IMG/VR virus record: IMGVR_UViG_3300032225_001888 | Coordinates: 1 to 53,205 of that record | Reading direction: 5' to 3' (one strand) | Length of the DNA: 53,205 bases | From: a virus | Lineage: Duplodnaviria; Caudoviricetes | Shown here: piece after piece, positions 8,126 through 16,107 of the stretch | Layout: each line of letters starts with the position of its first letter | Numbering within the stretch: position 1 is the stretch's first letter | Position numbers and translations under genes: made by a program | Notes under the pieces: model-generated | Database searches by the model: none | The model's input: the letters and a program-made list of their open reading frames with translations, nothing else | Told to the model about the DNA's origin: nothing

Positions 8126-8211
8126 TGCTCCACCTCCCGGCCCTCCAGCTCGGCGGCGGCTTCGACTGTGAAGGCGATCTGGCTGAACCGGCGCCAGTTG
8201 GGTTGGTTCAC
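8122..8211 (-). CDS. 29-aa peptide ending in the AAELEG module
   Basis: MNQPNWRRFSQIAFTVEAAAELEGREVEQ; GTGA overlaps at both ends. Confidence 0.5.
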   Translation of the reverse strand: MNQPNWRRFSQIAFTVEAAAELEGREVEQ

Positions 8212-8630
8212 GAGTGTTGGCCCGTGGCTTGACCATCGGCTCGTCCATGTAGAGCCGGATACCGTCCCTCAAGCTCGGCGGCCAGGCGCTCCAGCAGCAA
8301 GCAACTGTCAACTTTCCACACCGCCGCCAGATGCACCGCCGCCAGATGGCGCAGCACGGCGGGCAGTCCGCCCTCCTCCAGTTCGTCCAGCAGGCGCTGG
8401 GCCCGCTGGGTTGCCGGGGCAGGCTGGGCGGGTGGGGTGGGCTGCTCCATCGGCTCCCGGATCGCCCGGCGCAGGGTGTCCATCTCGGGCACCACCTGGA
8501 GCCGCTCCAGGGCTTCAACCCGGTAGTGCAGCTCCAGGATGCACGAGTCCCGGTGACAGTAGGCGTTGGGATCGGCGTGTAACTGAACGGCTTCCCACTC
8601 GTCCGGTGTGGCGCGGTGATTGGTGCTCAT
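8208..8630 (-). CDS. Modular hypothetical protein (140 aa)
   Basis: HRATPDEW...CILELxxRVEALE and LRHLAAVH...LERLAAELEG modules. Confidence 0.7.
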   Translation of the reverse strand: MSTNHRATPDEWEAVQLHADPNAYCHRDSCILELHYRVEALERLQVVPEMDTLRRAIREPMEQPTPPAQPAPATQRAQRLLDELEEGGLPAVLRHLAAVHLAAVWKVDSCLLLERLAAELEGRYPALHGRADGQATGQHS

Positions 8631-8716
8631 GGCGTTTCCATGGTGGTGGAGGTGGTATTGGGGGCGTGGTGTGGTGGTGTGGTGTGCCGGGATGGGCTCC
8701 CGGCGGGCCGTGAGGG

Positions 8717-8983
8717 TCAGGCGGGGTGCCGCATCGTGATGTCAGGGCCAGGGCCGCCGGGACGCTCCTGGACGGTCACACCTTCGATGCGGGTGACATC
8801 GAACCACTGGCTGTAGGGCATCCCGTTGGCGTCCCGTGCCGCCAACTGGAGTTGATCGCAGCCTGTCAGATAAGTAGCGCTGGCAACGGCCACGCCTTCG
8901 ATGCCGAGAACGGTATCGCGGTACTTCTGCCCCAAGGTGAACTGGGTGCCGTTAAGGAGGACAGTGCGGTGTTCAAGTGCCAT
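8717..8983 (-). CDS. Conserved small phage protein (88 aa)
   Basis: LGxxxxD...G..G...YLTGC...WFDxxR...GGP pattern. Confidence 0.75.
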   Translation of the reverse strand: MALEHRTVLLNGTQFTLGQKYRDTVLGIEGVAVASATYLTGCDQLQLAARDANGMPYSQWFDVTRIEGVTVQERPGGPGPDITMRHPA

Positions 8984-9016
8984 GAGAGGATTTAATTGCG
9001 TTGGAGCGTGTCCAGC

Positions 9017-9355
9017 TTAGCTCTTAGGGCTAAGCGTGTAGATGTAGTTACGAAGTGTGCTTACGTCTGAGCAGCTTACGGCGTCCATGGTACTGAGCTT
9101 GGAGGTCAAGCGATTGTCGGCCTGTTTAGCTTCGTCAAGGGTTGGGGGATCGGGTTCGATGGTGAAGAGGTTGTCCGCGATGTTGCTTAGGCGTTCCCAC
9201 GGACCAGCGCCGTGGATTGGTGGCAGGTTTCCCACTTTGCGATAGAGGGCTGGGAAGGCGGCGCTGCTTATGCCGTCGCGGGCCAGGGCCATGGCGGTGC
9301 GTAAGTAGGCGGCTTGGAAGCGGCGGCGTTCTTTGTAGGCAGCGTCGGTTTCCAT
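9017..9355 (-). CDS. Hypothetical protein (112 aa)
   Basis: ATG ORF in operon orientation; start uncertain. Confidence 0.6.
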   Translation of the reverse strand: METDAAYKERRRFQAAYLRTAMALARDGISSAAFPALYRKVGNLPPIHGAGPWERLSNIADNLFTIEPDPPTLDEAKQADNRLTSKLSTMDAVSCSDVSTLRNYIYTLSPKS

Positions 9356-9430
9356 AAGGCCGGAGTCGGGACCGTAGAGCCTTAGGAGGCCGGCGGATTC
9401 AGCTGAGAGGTAGGGGTAGGTCGCAGGGAT

Positions 9431-9526
9431 GCGTAAGTGCGTGGGTGCGTTGCGGCCTAGGGGCGTGGCAGCTTGGCGGCCAAGTCGCCAATTCGCCTAG
9501 CGGCCAAGTTGCTTAGCTGCCTAGCG
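9431..9526. repeat. Degenerate octamer array, 12 consecutive units starting with GC
   Basis: gcgtaagt gcgtgggt gcgttgcg gcctaggg gcgtggca gcttggcg gccaagtc gccaattc gcctagcg gccaagtt gcttagct gcctagcg. Confidence 0.85.
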
Positions 9527-9681
9527 ATTAGGCCGGCGGTGTAGAGGGCGGCGAGGGGGCGGGCCAGGCGGTAGGCGGTGGTGCGGAGGGGTACGGACCA
9601 GTCGGCGCGTAGGTGGCCAAGCAGTTGGGTAGATAGGTGGATAGGGGGGTTGGGGGTGTTGGTGGGTGGGAGGGTTGTCAT
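9457..9681 (-). CDS. Hypothetical protein (74 aa); C-terminus encoded by the octamer array
   Basis: ATG ORF with a C/A-rich leader. Confidence 0.5.
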   Translation of the reverse strand: MTTLPPTNTPNPPIHLSTQLLGHLRADWSVPLRTTAYRLARPLAALYTAGLIARQLSNLAARRIGDLAAKLPRP

Positions 9682-9875
9682 GGTTTGGAGTGTGCGTAGG
9701 TCGGTGTGGCTGTGTGGCTGCCTAGGTGCGCAGCGGCCTAGGGGGCAATGAGGCTTAGGAGGAGGTCGCGCAGGCGGCGAATGCTGACAGCATGGGGTGT
9801 GGATGAGCTACAGACGTTGGCGGCGGCGTAGGCGGGAGCACGCTTGAGTGCTTAGGGGCCTAGTTGCGTTGCTGC

Positions 9876-10691
9876 TTAGCGTTTTATGGCCAGAAGGGCG
9901 TGGGGGGCGTAGGTGGAGGTGCCGAGTTGCTGCTGGTCGGCGAGGTACGCGGCGCGGAGGACGATGCCATCGGTGGGCCACTGGGGGAAGAGGTCGTTGG
10001 CGTACCAGCGGAGGTAGAGGGTGGCGATCTGGTCGAGTTGGGTGGCCAGGAGGGAGTCGGCGAGGTCGAAGCCCCAGCGGTCGAGGTAGTGGTGGGTGTC
10101 GAACTCGGATTCAGCATCGTCGGGGATGCCGGAAGTAAGGGAGTAGGCGGTAAAGGTGAGGCCCTCGGCGTTGGGGACTTTGCGGCGCAGGGCGGCGGCG
10201 GGCGTGGCCTGCTTATGGTCGGCGGACCACAACTCGCCCCGCACTTCCGTAGGGCAAAGCTGACTGATGGTCGAGGGGATCGAGGGGACGAGTTCCGCGA
10301 GGGCTAAGGCGCAGCGGCCGGAGCGGGTGTGGGCGGCGATGAGGCGGCCGTTGTCGTAGTGGCAGGCCAGAGCCACGCCGTCAATCTTGGGCTGCACAAC
10401 GATGCCGGAATTAGGCAGCGTGGCCAGCCACCCCCTTACCGCTTGACGGGGAAACGGCTTAGCGCGGTCCTCGGGGCGGGCGTTGAACAGGCTGAGCATG
10501 GGCACGGGGGAAGGTGCGGGGGTGTTGGGTTGCGTGCCACCCGGAGCGTGGAGTTCGGGGGCGTGGGGGGCCACGCTGCGGAGTTCGTCAATGAGCGCGT
10601 CGAAGGCGTCGTCGGGCATGAGGGGGCGGCCAGCGCGGTAGGCGGCGTCGGCTTTGCGCACCTGGGCGCGGAGAGCAGCGATAGAGGTCAT
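9876..10691 (-). CDS. ligA: NAD-dependent DNA ligase, domain Ia plus adenylation domain only
   Basis: AY..G.P.M.D..FD, PMLSL, KIDG, TR, EVRGE, DGIV and AIK motifs; ends at motif V. Confidence 0.85.
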   Translation of the reverse strand: MTSIAALRAQVRKADAAYRAGRPLMPDDAFDALIDELRSVAPHAPELHAPGGTQPNTPAPSPVPMLSLFNARPEDRAKPFPRQAVRGWLATLPNSGIVVQPKIDGVALACHYDNGRLIAAHTRSGRCALALAELVPSIPSTISQLCPTEVRGELWSADHKQATPAAALRRKVPNAEGLTFTAYSLTSGIPDDAESEFDTHHYLDRWGFDLADSLLATQLDQIATLYLRWYANDLFPQWPTDGIVLRAAYLADQQQLGTSTYAPHALLAIKR

Positions 10692-10816
10692 GGGTAAGCG
10701 GCGTTGTGGTGGGCAACGACGGAATACTACAGGCTAAGTCGGAGCAGGGCAACCAGGCCCGTAAGATTTCGCAACATTAGGGCTTACTGGTGTGGTGGCC
10801 TAGCTGCTAAGCCGGC

Positions 10817-11572
10817 CTAGCGGGTGGCGCGGTCGAGTTCCAGGCGCAGGAGGTTGGGGAGAAGGGCGTTGGACTGCTCGGTGATTAGGCCGTTCCAGTC
10901 GAAGATCGTGGGGACGATGGGCGGGCGGCGAGCGTAACCGAACAGGAACTGGAGGTCACGATTCTTTACGCGGTAGATGCCTGGCTGACGCTGTAGGGCA
11001 GCCCCTCCTCGGATGTTCGGCCCAACACTACGATCGGGAATACTGAAATACTGCCAACCCGATTGCTTAGTGCGTTTCTCGCCAGCGGCACCTTGGCGTC
11101 TGAGGCCGCGTAGTGTCTCGCGGTAGAAGCTACCAGGAATGTTGCCATAGGAGTTAGGGGCCGGTACGCCGCGCCCCTCTCGCCACGGTATGGGGAAGTA
11201 CGACTCGCCCACAATGCCTTCGTGACGCAAGCCGCGAGTAAATGTGGTTGGGTAGGCGGGTTTGCTGCCTGTTGTTCCTGACGTACTTACCGGGTATAGA
11301 TACCTAGCGGGGTCTTGGCCGGCGCTGCCGGTGCGCTCCTGACGAATGAACATGCGCAGCTCCAAGCCGTTGGCTGCGTAGCGGGGGGAGCTAAGGGTGA
11401 AGGGGACGGGATCGCGGAATGTAGCGGCCATAAGCTCGGTGGCCTTCTGTTTCAGCTCATAGCCGAGCCGCTGCAAGGCCTTAGCACCCGCATACTCTAC
11501 CTGCGTAAGTTCTACAGGACTTAGGTTTCCAATTAGACTCTCTACGTCAAACTCGATGGTTTTGTCGGCCAT
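10817..11572 (-). CDS. Lambda gpZ-like/neck-type protein (tentative)
   Basis: Basic 251-aa protein with FRDPVPFT (cf. FDRPTPFT), YGNIP and PGIY motifs. Confidence 0.5.
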   Translation of the reverse strand: MADKTIEFDVESLIGNLSPVELTQVEYAGAKALQRLGYELKQKATELMAATFRDPVPFTLSSPRYAANGLELRMFIRQERTGSAGQDPARYLYPVSTSGTTGSKPAYPTTFTRGLRHEGIVGESYFPIPWREGRGVPAPNSYGNIPGSFYRETLRGLRRQGAAGEKRTKQSGWQYFSIPDRSVGPNIRGGAALQRQPGIYRVKNRDLQFLFGYARRPPIVPTIFDWNGLITEQSNALLPNLLRLELDRATR

Positions 11573-11576
11573 AAGT

Positions 11577-12383
11577 TTAGGACGGTGTAGGGAGTGGCAG
11601 GTTGTCGAAGTAGTCGGTGCAGCGGTCTAGGAATCGGGCTTCGGCGCCGCGCAGTTCCAGGGCGCTTAGCTCGCGGATGTCTGGGGGGCCTACACGACGG
11701 GCAACCACGACAATCCCACCTTGCGGGCGTAGGCCGGTCAGATGGTGAAGACCTAGGGAGTAGGCGCCCAGCTGGTCGCAGTAGTCGGTGAGCAGGAGTT
11801 CGGAACGGCGGTTGAAGGAGGTTTTCCAGTCCACGATCAGCGGCCCCTTACCGCTGACGTTGCCTAGGAAGTCGGCTGTACCAGCGAAGCCGATGGGGTG
11901 ATGTACCGAAAACTCGATTGCGTGTATGCAGGTAACGTTAGTTTCAATCCAGCTGAGCAGACTGCGGCGATAGCCTGCTGCACTAAGCCCGACTTTGGGG
12001 GCGGATGGCATCACTTGTCGTAGTGCCCAGGCAGTGAGTGGAGCAGGAGTGCAGACAAGTCCTTCCTTGCTGGTGTACCCAGAACCTTTCTTCTTAGCCG
12101 TGGCTTCGGCCATCCGCTTAGCTGTGCGGAGGACGTATTCGGCGGCGTTGTGGGTGCGGGTGCCACGTTCGGCGGCCGTATCACGTTCTTGCGTGGCCTT
12201 ATCTACGCCTAGGCGGGCTACCCAAGCCTCTAGGGCGGCTTTGCTGTCGGAAGTCTCTTTAAGGATACGGGTTACGGAGTGGTAAATGTTCCCCTTAGTG
12301 TCTCGGTAAATGCGACCGTTTGGGTCGGAAACGTCGTCGCGCTCCAGGGTCCAAGTGGCGAGGTGACTTAGATCGAGCGACAC
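11577..12383 (-). CDS. PD-(D/E)XK exonuclease
   Basis: YxSVTxIL, RGTxxH, E...AGTAD, VDWKTS and QLGAY; start placed at the GTG after the terminator. Confidence 0.85.
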   Translation of the reverse strand: MSLDLSHLATWTLERDDVSDPNGRIYRDTKGNIYHSVTRILKETSDSKAALEAWVARLGVDKATQERDTAAERGTRTHNAAEYVLRTAKRMAEATAKKKGSGYTSKEGLVCTPAPLTAWALRQVMPSAPKVGLSAAGYRRSLLSWIETNVTCIHAIEFSVHHPIGFAGTADFLGNVSGKGPLIVDWKTSFNRRSELLLTDYCDQLGAYSLGLHHLTGLRPQGGIVVVARRVGPPDIRELSALELRGAEARFLDRCTDYFDNLPLPTPS

Positions 12384-12390
12384 GGCATCC

Positions 12391-12422
12391 AAAGAAGAAA
12401 AAGCCCCGGACAGCGCCGGGGC
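12391..12422 (-). terminator. Rho-independent terminator after the SSB gene
   Basis: GCCCCGG/CCGGGGC stem followed by TTTTTCTTCTTT on the minus strand. Confidence 0.75.
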
Positions 12423-12451
12423 ATGACCGGGGAGGGGACCGCTAAGACAGC

Positions 12452-13036
12452 TTAGGCGTCGGCCTTGAACGGATTGCCGCCGGTCATAAGCCGGGAGAGG
12501 TCGAATCCGGCTGCTTGGGCTTCTACCCAAGCGGCTTCGATTGTGGCTTGTGCGCCCTTTTTGCGGGGCACAGGAAGCAGCTTGTACTCCGTGTTTAGGC
12601 CGCTACCCTCCTTACCGAGAGTGAAGTCGGTAGCAAGAATGTCCTCGTAATCCTCGGTCTGAGAGATCGCGTCAAGTTCACGAATGACCGACTTCTGGGT
12701 AAGTGAGAGGATCTTGACTTCGCCAGAATCGAAGGCGTAGACAGGCAGGGCCATACCGAACTTGATGGGGTCCACGCCGGTGCCCTCGCGGTTCATGCGG
12801 CGGGTGTAATCGTCACCGAGTGCTGCAGCGATGTCGTCGGGGCTCGGTTCGGCGTCGAAGCGGAAAGGTTTGGCTTTCTGATCCGGGCCGTCAGCCCAAA
12901 GCTCGTAGTATTCCAGGGGCTCGTCGCTAAGAAGGGCAAAGCGGACGGCGGAACCGGAAGCGATTTTGGTGGGATTGAGGTAACCGCCGCCTGATCCGGC
13001 GACGGCATCCTGAGCGTTTTTGGAAAGGAGGGCCAT
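12452..13036 (-). CDS. Single-stranded DNA-binding protein (phage type)
   Basis: GGGYL..K...VRF, DFTLGKEGSGLNTEY and terminal GGNPF; adjacent to exonuclease and primase. Confidence 0.65.
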   Translation of the reverse strand: MALLSKNAQDAVAGSGGGYLNPTKIASGSAVRFALLSDEPLEYYELWADGPDQKAKPFRFDAEPSPDDIAAALGDDYTRRMNREGTGVDPIKFGMALPVYAFDSGEVKILSLTQKSVIRELDAISQTEDYEDILATDFTLGKEGSGLNTEYKLLPVPRKKGAQATIEAAWVEAQAAGFDLSRLMTGGNPFKADA

Positions 13037-13092
13037 AAGAGGTGATGTTTGGGGTGCGGTGGCGGTGCCTAGGGGCCTGCCGGTGCTGTGGA

Positions 13093-13165
13093 AGGGTAGG
13101 CGGTGGGCCTGCCCGTGTCAACAGTGTAGCACTTTGTTGACCGTGGCAGCCTGGTGGCCTAGGGT
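13093..13165. promoter_or_regulatory. Back-to-back divergent sigma70 promoters around an inverted repeat
   Basis: Minus TTGACA(13116-21)-N17-TACCCT; plus TTGACC(13137-42)-N17-TAGGGT; GTCAACA...TGTTGAC inverted repeat. Confidence 0.65.
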
Positions 13166-13233
13166 GGAAAACGCCCCCAGAACCCAAGCGGGAACTGGGG
13201 ACGACAACTCTCTCACCTCTTACAGGATAGCAC

Positions 13234-15969
13234 ATGGCTAAGTTGCCTGACCTTGTTTCGTTCGTTCGCTCCCTGCCTGTAGGCCCCGCCTACGCGCCCA
13301 TCTACGCCAAGGGGCAGGAGTTCGGTAAGCATGGGGATGTAAGTACGGGTAAGGCACCTTATGAAAGGTCGTTTTACCATAAGTTGAGTCCTGCGGATGT
13401 GGCGCTGTTGATTGAGCAGTCACCCGATAAGTTTAAGGCTGTTGGTGTGTATTCGGGCATCCGTAGCGATGGCTTAGTTATTCTTGATGTTGACATGAAC
13501 CTAACAACGCTTAGGAAGAAATGGGGCAGCAGCTTAGATGGAGCGCCGGAGATTCGTAGCACTAAGAAGAACGCGGCTAAGTTTTTGTTTCGTGTTCCTG
13601 AGGCGGAACGTAATCAAGTTAAAGGTATTACGGGTAGGCAGAGCGGTAAGGGGTATGAGGTGCTGTGGGGGATGCAGGCTGTCATTGCGGGCGAGTACGC
13701 AGGAAGCAGCGACGGCACGGCCGAACCCGGCATGTACTCGCTAATTAGTGGCTCCTTTGATTGTGTGCCAGCGGCGCCGGAGTGGCTGCTGGCGGAAATG
13801 CGGGCACGCAAGGCCCAGGACACACCCGAGGAGGTAAAGGGACTTGTTAAGAATCGTAAGGGGCTTGACTTCACAGGGCGTACTGAGGACGAGCTTGTAG
13901 AGATTGTGCGGGACTGCCTAACGGTACTGCCGCATCTGGGTAGGGGCAGCGAAGACTACTGGTGGCAGGTTGGCGCCATGATCGCCGAGGTACTACCTAC
14001 TGATGCGGGCCTATGTTTATGGGCTGAGTGGTCGGCGGCTGATCCAGCGTTTGATGAAGACTGGAACAAGGGAAATCCCTGTGAGGCCAAGTGGAGGCAC
14101 ATCCTCGCAAGGACTGGACGCCCCGGCAATGCAGGGCTTGGAAGCCTCATTAAGGAGGCTGACAGGTTTGATCCTAAGAGGGAGCGATTCCAGGACTCCA
14201 GCAGGAATACGCTTAAGGAGGTCGAGGAGACGCAGGTACAGCAGATAAGTATTCAGCGGTTGTCTTTTGACGATGTTGTGGTGCGTGCCAGGGAGATTCT
14301 GGACATCGACAACCCGGCGGAAATGAACTACCGCCTTCATGCCCTAGCAGTTGAAGCCGGTTACAGAGACAAGGAAGCCCTGGAACGCCTGCTTATTGAC
14401 CAACTCTCTTACGAGTCCCAGACCGACACCATGTCGCTTAAGGAGTTGTTGGAGCAGAAGCTGGAGAGGCGGTACATCATTCCCGACTTGTTGCCTAAGC
14501 CGGCGGTGGTTTTGTTGTATGGGGCTGGTGGGGATGGTAAGTCGATGTCGGCGTGGACGTTGGCTAAGCACATTGCTACGGGCAAGCCGTTCGTGGTGAG
14601 GGGGAAGCGGGTGCCTGTGGAGCAGGGGCCGGTGCTGCTGCTGAACGGCGATCAGTCTCTGGTGCAGCTGCAGGAGCAGCTGGAGGAGGTTGAGTTTCCG
14701 GCGGACGCACCAGTGGTGATCCGCACCGACTGGGCGCTCCAGCGCTACGCGCAGTTCGTGAAGCTAATGCAGCAGGTACAACCCCAGCTTGTTGTGATCG
14801 ACTCGCTTATTGGGTGTAGTGGTGGTAGGGCGTTTGACGAGAACAAGTCGGATTTTGCTACGCCTCTTTACTGGCTTAGTCGGAATAATGGCGTGCTGTT
14901 TCCTATGACGAGCATTGTGGTGATTCACCATGCAAACAAACAGGGCGGATTCAGGGGAACTTCCGCGATCAGGGACGCGGTGGACGAGGTTTGGGCACTT
15001 AGACAGCCCGCCGAGGAGGAGTCGGAACTTACGGGCCAGGCGGCTCGCATCATCACGATCGAGAAATCGCGCTCGGGCCGGAGCGGTACGCAGCTGCTCC
15101 TAAAGCAGGAGGGCGATCTGACGTTCTCACTGGCCGACTGGACGCCTGAGGTTGATCCGACCAATGCGGCGCCCAGTGGGGTGACAGATCGGGTGCTTCA
15201 GCGGCTGCGCATTGTCCATCCGGCGACACGTACCAGGCGTGATCTGGACGCCGATCCGCTTTGCGGCGGCTCAACCGGCGCAGTACGGAAATCGCTCCAG
15301 CGCCTGCTTAAGCGCGGCCTCATCGAGATTGCTACGCAGCAGCACACTGAAAAAGGCGGTAAACCAGAAAATGCCTACCGAGCGGTCATTAGCCCCCCAC
15401 ACGTACGCGCACGCGGTGTGATGCCTGCAGGTGTCCCATTGGGGCCAAACACCCCTAAACCACTGGAAAAACCTATGGGACAGCCCAATGGGACACATGG
15501 GGAGTGTCCCATTGCTCAGACGGGGGCTGGTACGTCCGAGGGCGTTTTGCCTGCCGCTGGTACGTCCCAAGCTCCCGAGGACGCCGAAGCGACGCTGAGC
15601 AATGGGACACTTTCCGATTCCGACCTAGGGTGTCCCATTGCAGATCCCTTGCAGCGCAAGGAAAGTGCCTCAATGGGACAGAATTTGCAAACTATACGCG
15701 CACGCGAGGGAGCTAAGCGGCGCGGCGGTGAGGCCGGCACTGGAGCTAAGCGGCGCGGCGGTGGGGCTGGTACGGGGGCTAGGCGGCGCGGCGGTGAGGC
15801 TGGTGCGGGGGCTAGGCGGCGTGGAAGTGCGGCTGTCGGTGTGCGGGGTCGTGTGGCCGCTGAGGACGCGCCAGGAGGGCCTCTGGAGGGCCTGGAGGGC
15901 TCTGGGGGTGTACGGCCCGACTCCGAGCTGGATGCCGCCTCCAGGGCCGCTATGCGGATGTGGGAATAA
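13234..15969 (+). CDS. Prim-Pol primase / PriCT-2 / AAA (RepA-like) helicase fusion
   Basis: VILDVD motif, WWQVG..WAEWS PriCT-2 segment, Walker A GAGGDGKS, Walker B VVIDS, IHHANK...RGTSA. Confidence 0.9.
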   Translation: MAKLPDLVSFVRSLPVGPAYAPIYAKGQEFGKHGDVSTGKAPYERSFYHKLSPADVALLIEQSPDKFKAVGVYSGIRSDGLVILDVDMNLTTLRKKWGSSLDGAPEIRSTKKNAAKFLFRVPEAERNQVKGITGRQSGKGYEVLWGMQAVIAGEYAGSSDGTAEPGMYSLISGSFDCVPAAPEWLLAEMRARKAQDTPEEVKGLVKNRKGLDFTGRTEDELVEIVRDCLTVLPHLGRGSEDYWWQVGAMIAEVLPTDAGLCLWAEWSAADPAFDEDWNKGNPCEAKWRHILARTGRPGNAGLGSLIKEADRFDPKRERFQDSSRNTLKEVEETQVQQISIQRLSFDDVVVRAREILDIDNPAEMNYRLHALAVEAGYRDKEALERLLIDQLSYESQTDTMSLKELLEQKLERRYIIPDLLPKPAVVLLYGAGGDGKSMSAWTLAKHIATGKPFVVRGKRVPVEQGPVLLLNGDQSLVQLQEQLEEVEFPADAPVVIRTDWALQRYAQFVKLMQQVQPQLVVIDSLIGCSGGRAFDENKSDFATPLYWLSRNNGVLFPMTSIVVIHHANKQGGFRGTSAIRDAVDEVWALRQPAEEESELTGQAARIITIEKSRSGRSGTQLLLKQEGDLTFSLADWTPEVDPTNAAPSGVTDRVLQRLRIVHPATRTRRDLDADPLCGGSTGAVRKSLQRLLKRGLIEIATQQHTEKGGKPENAYRAVISPPHVRARGVMPAGVPLGPNTPKPLEKPMGQPNGTHGECPIAQTGAGTSEGVLPAAGTSQAPEDAEATLSNGTLSDSDLGCPIADPLQRKESASMGQNLQTIRAREGAKRRGGEAGTGAKRRGGGAGTGARRRGGEAGAGARRRGSAAVGVRGRVAAEDAPGGPLEGLEGSGGVRPDSELDAASRAAMRMWE
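15404..15706. repeat. Iteron-like cluster, putative replication origin
   Basis: Seven TGTCCCAT/ATGGGACA copies in both orientations, flanked by TACGCGCACGCG direct repeats. Confidence 0.7.
15709..15840 (+). repeat. Four 33-bp tandem repeats encoding GA(K/R)RRGG
   Basis: Units start at 15709, 15742, 15775 and 15808. Confidence 0.9.
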
Positions 15970-15973
15970 GCGG

Positions 15974-16045
15974 GCGTGGCAGCTAGGCGGGATGGCACCT
16001 AGGCGCCACGGCAGCGTGGCGGCTTAGTTGCGTGGCGGCCTACGA
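15974..16045. repeat. Degenerate octamer array (9 units)
   Basis: gcgtggca gctaggcg ggatggca cctaggcg ccacggca gcgtggcg gcttagtt gcgtggcg gcctacga. Confidence 0.8.
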
Positions 16046-16107
16046 CGTACTTCAATGGCGGGGCGTGGCGGCCCCGCCGCCCCGTCCTGTCACTCACCTA
16101 CCCACTT

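Noticed and set aside
7396-8518. Long ORF-track versions 7396-8079 and 7925-8518
   Set aside because: Upstream extensions overlap better-supported coupled genes; true starts are likely 7842 and 8125.
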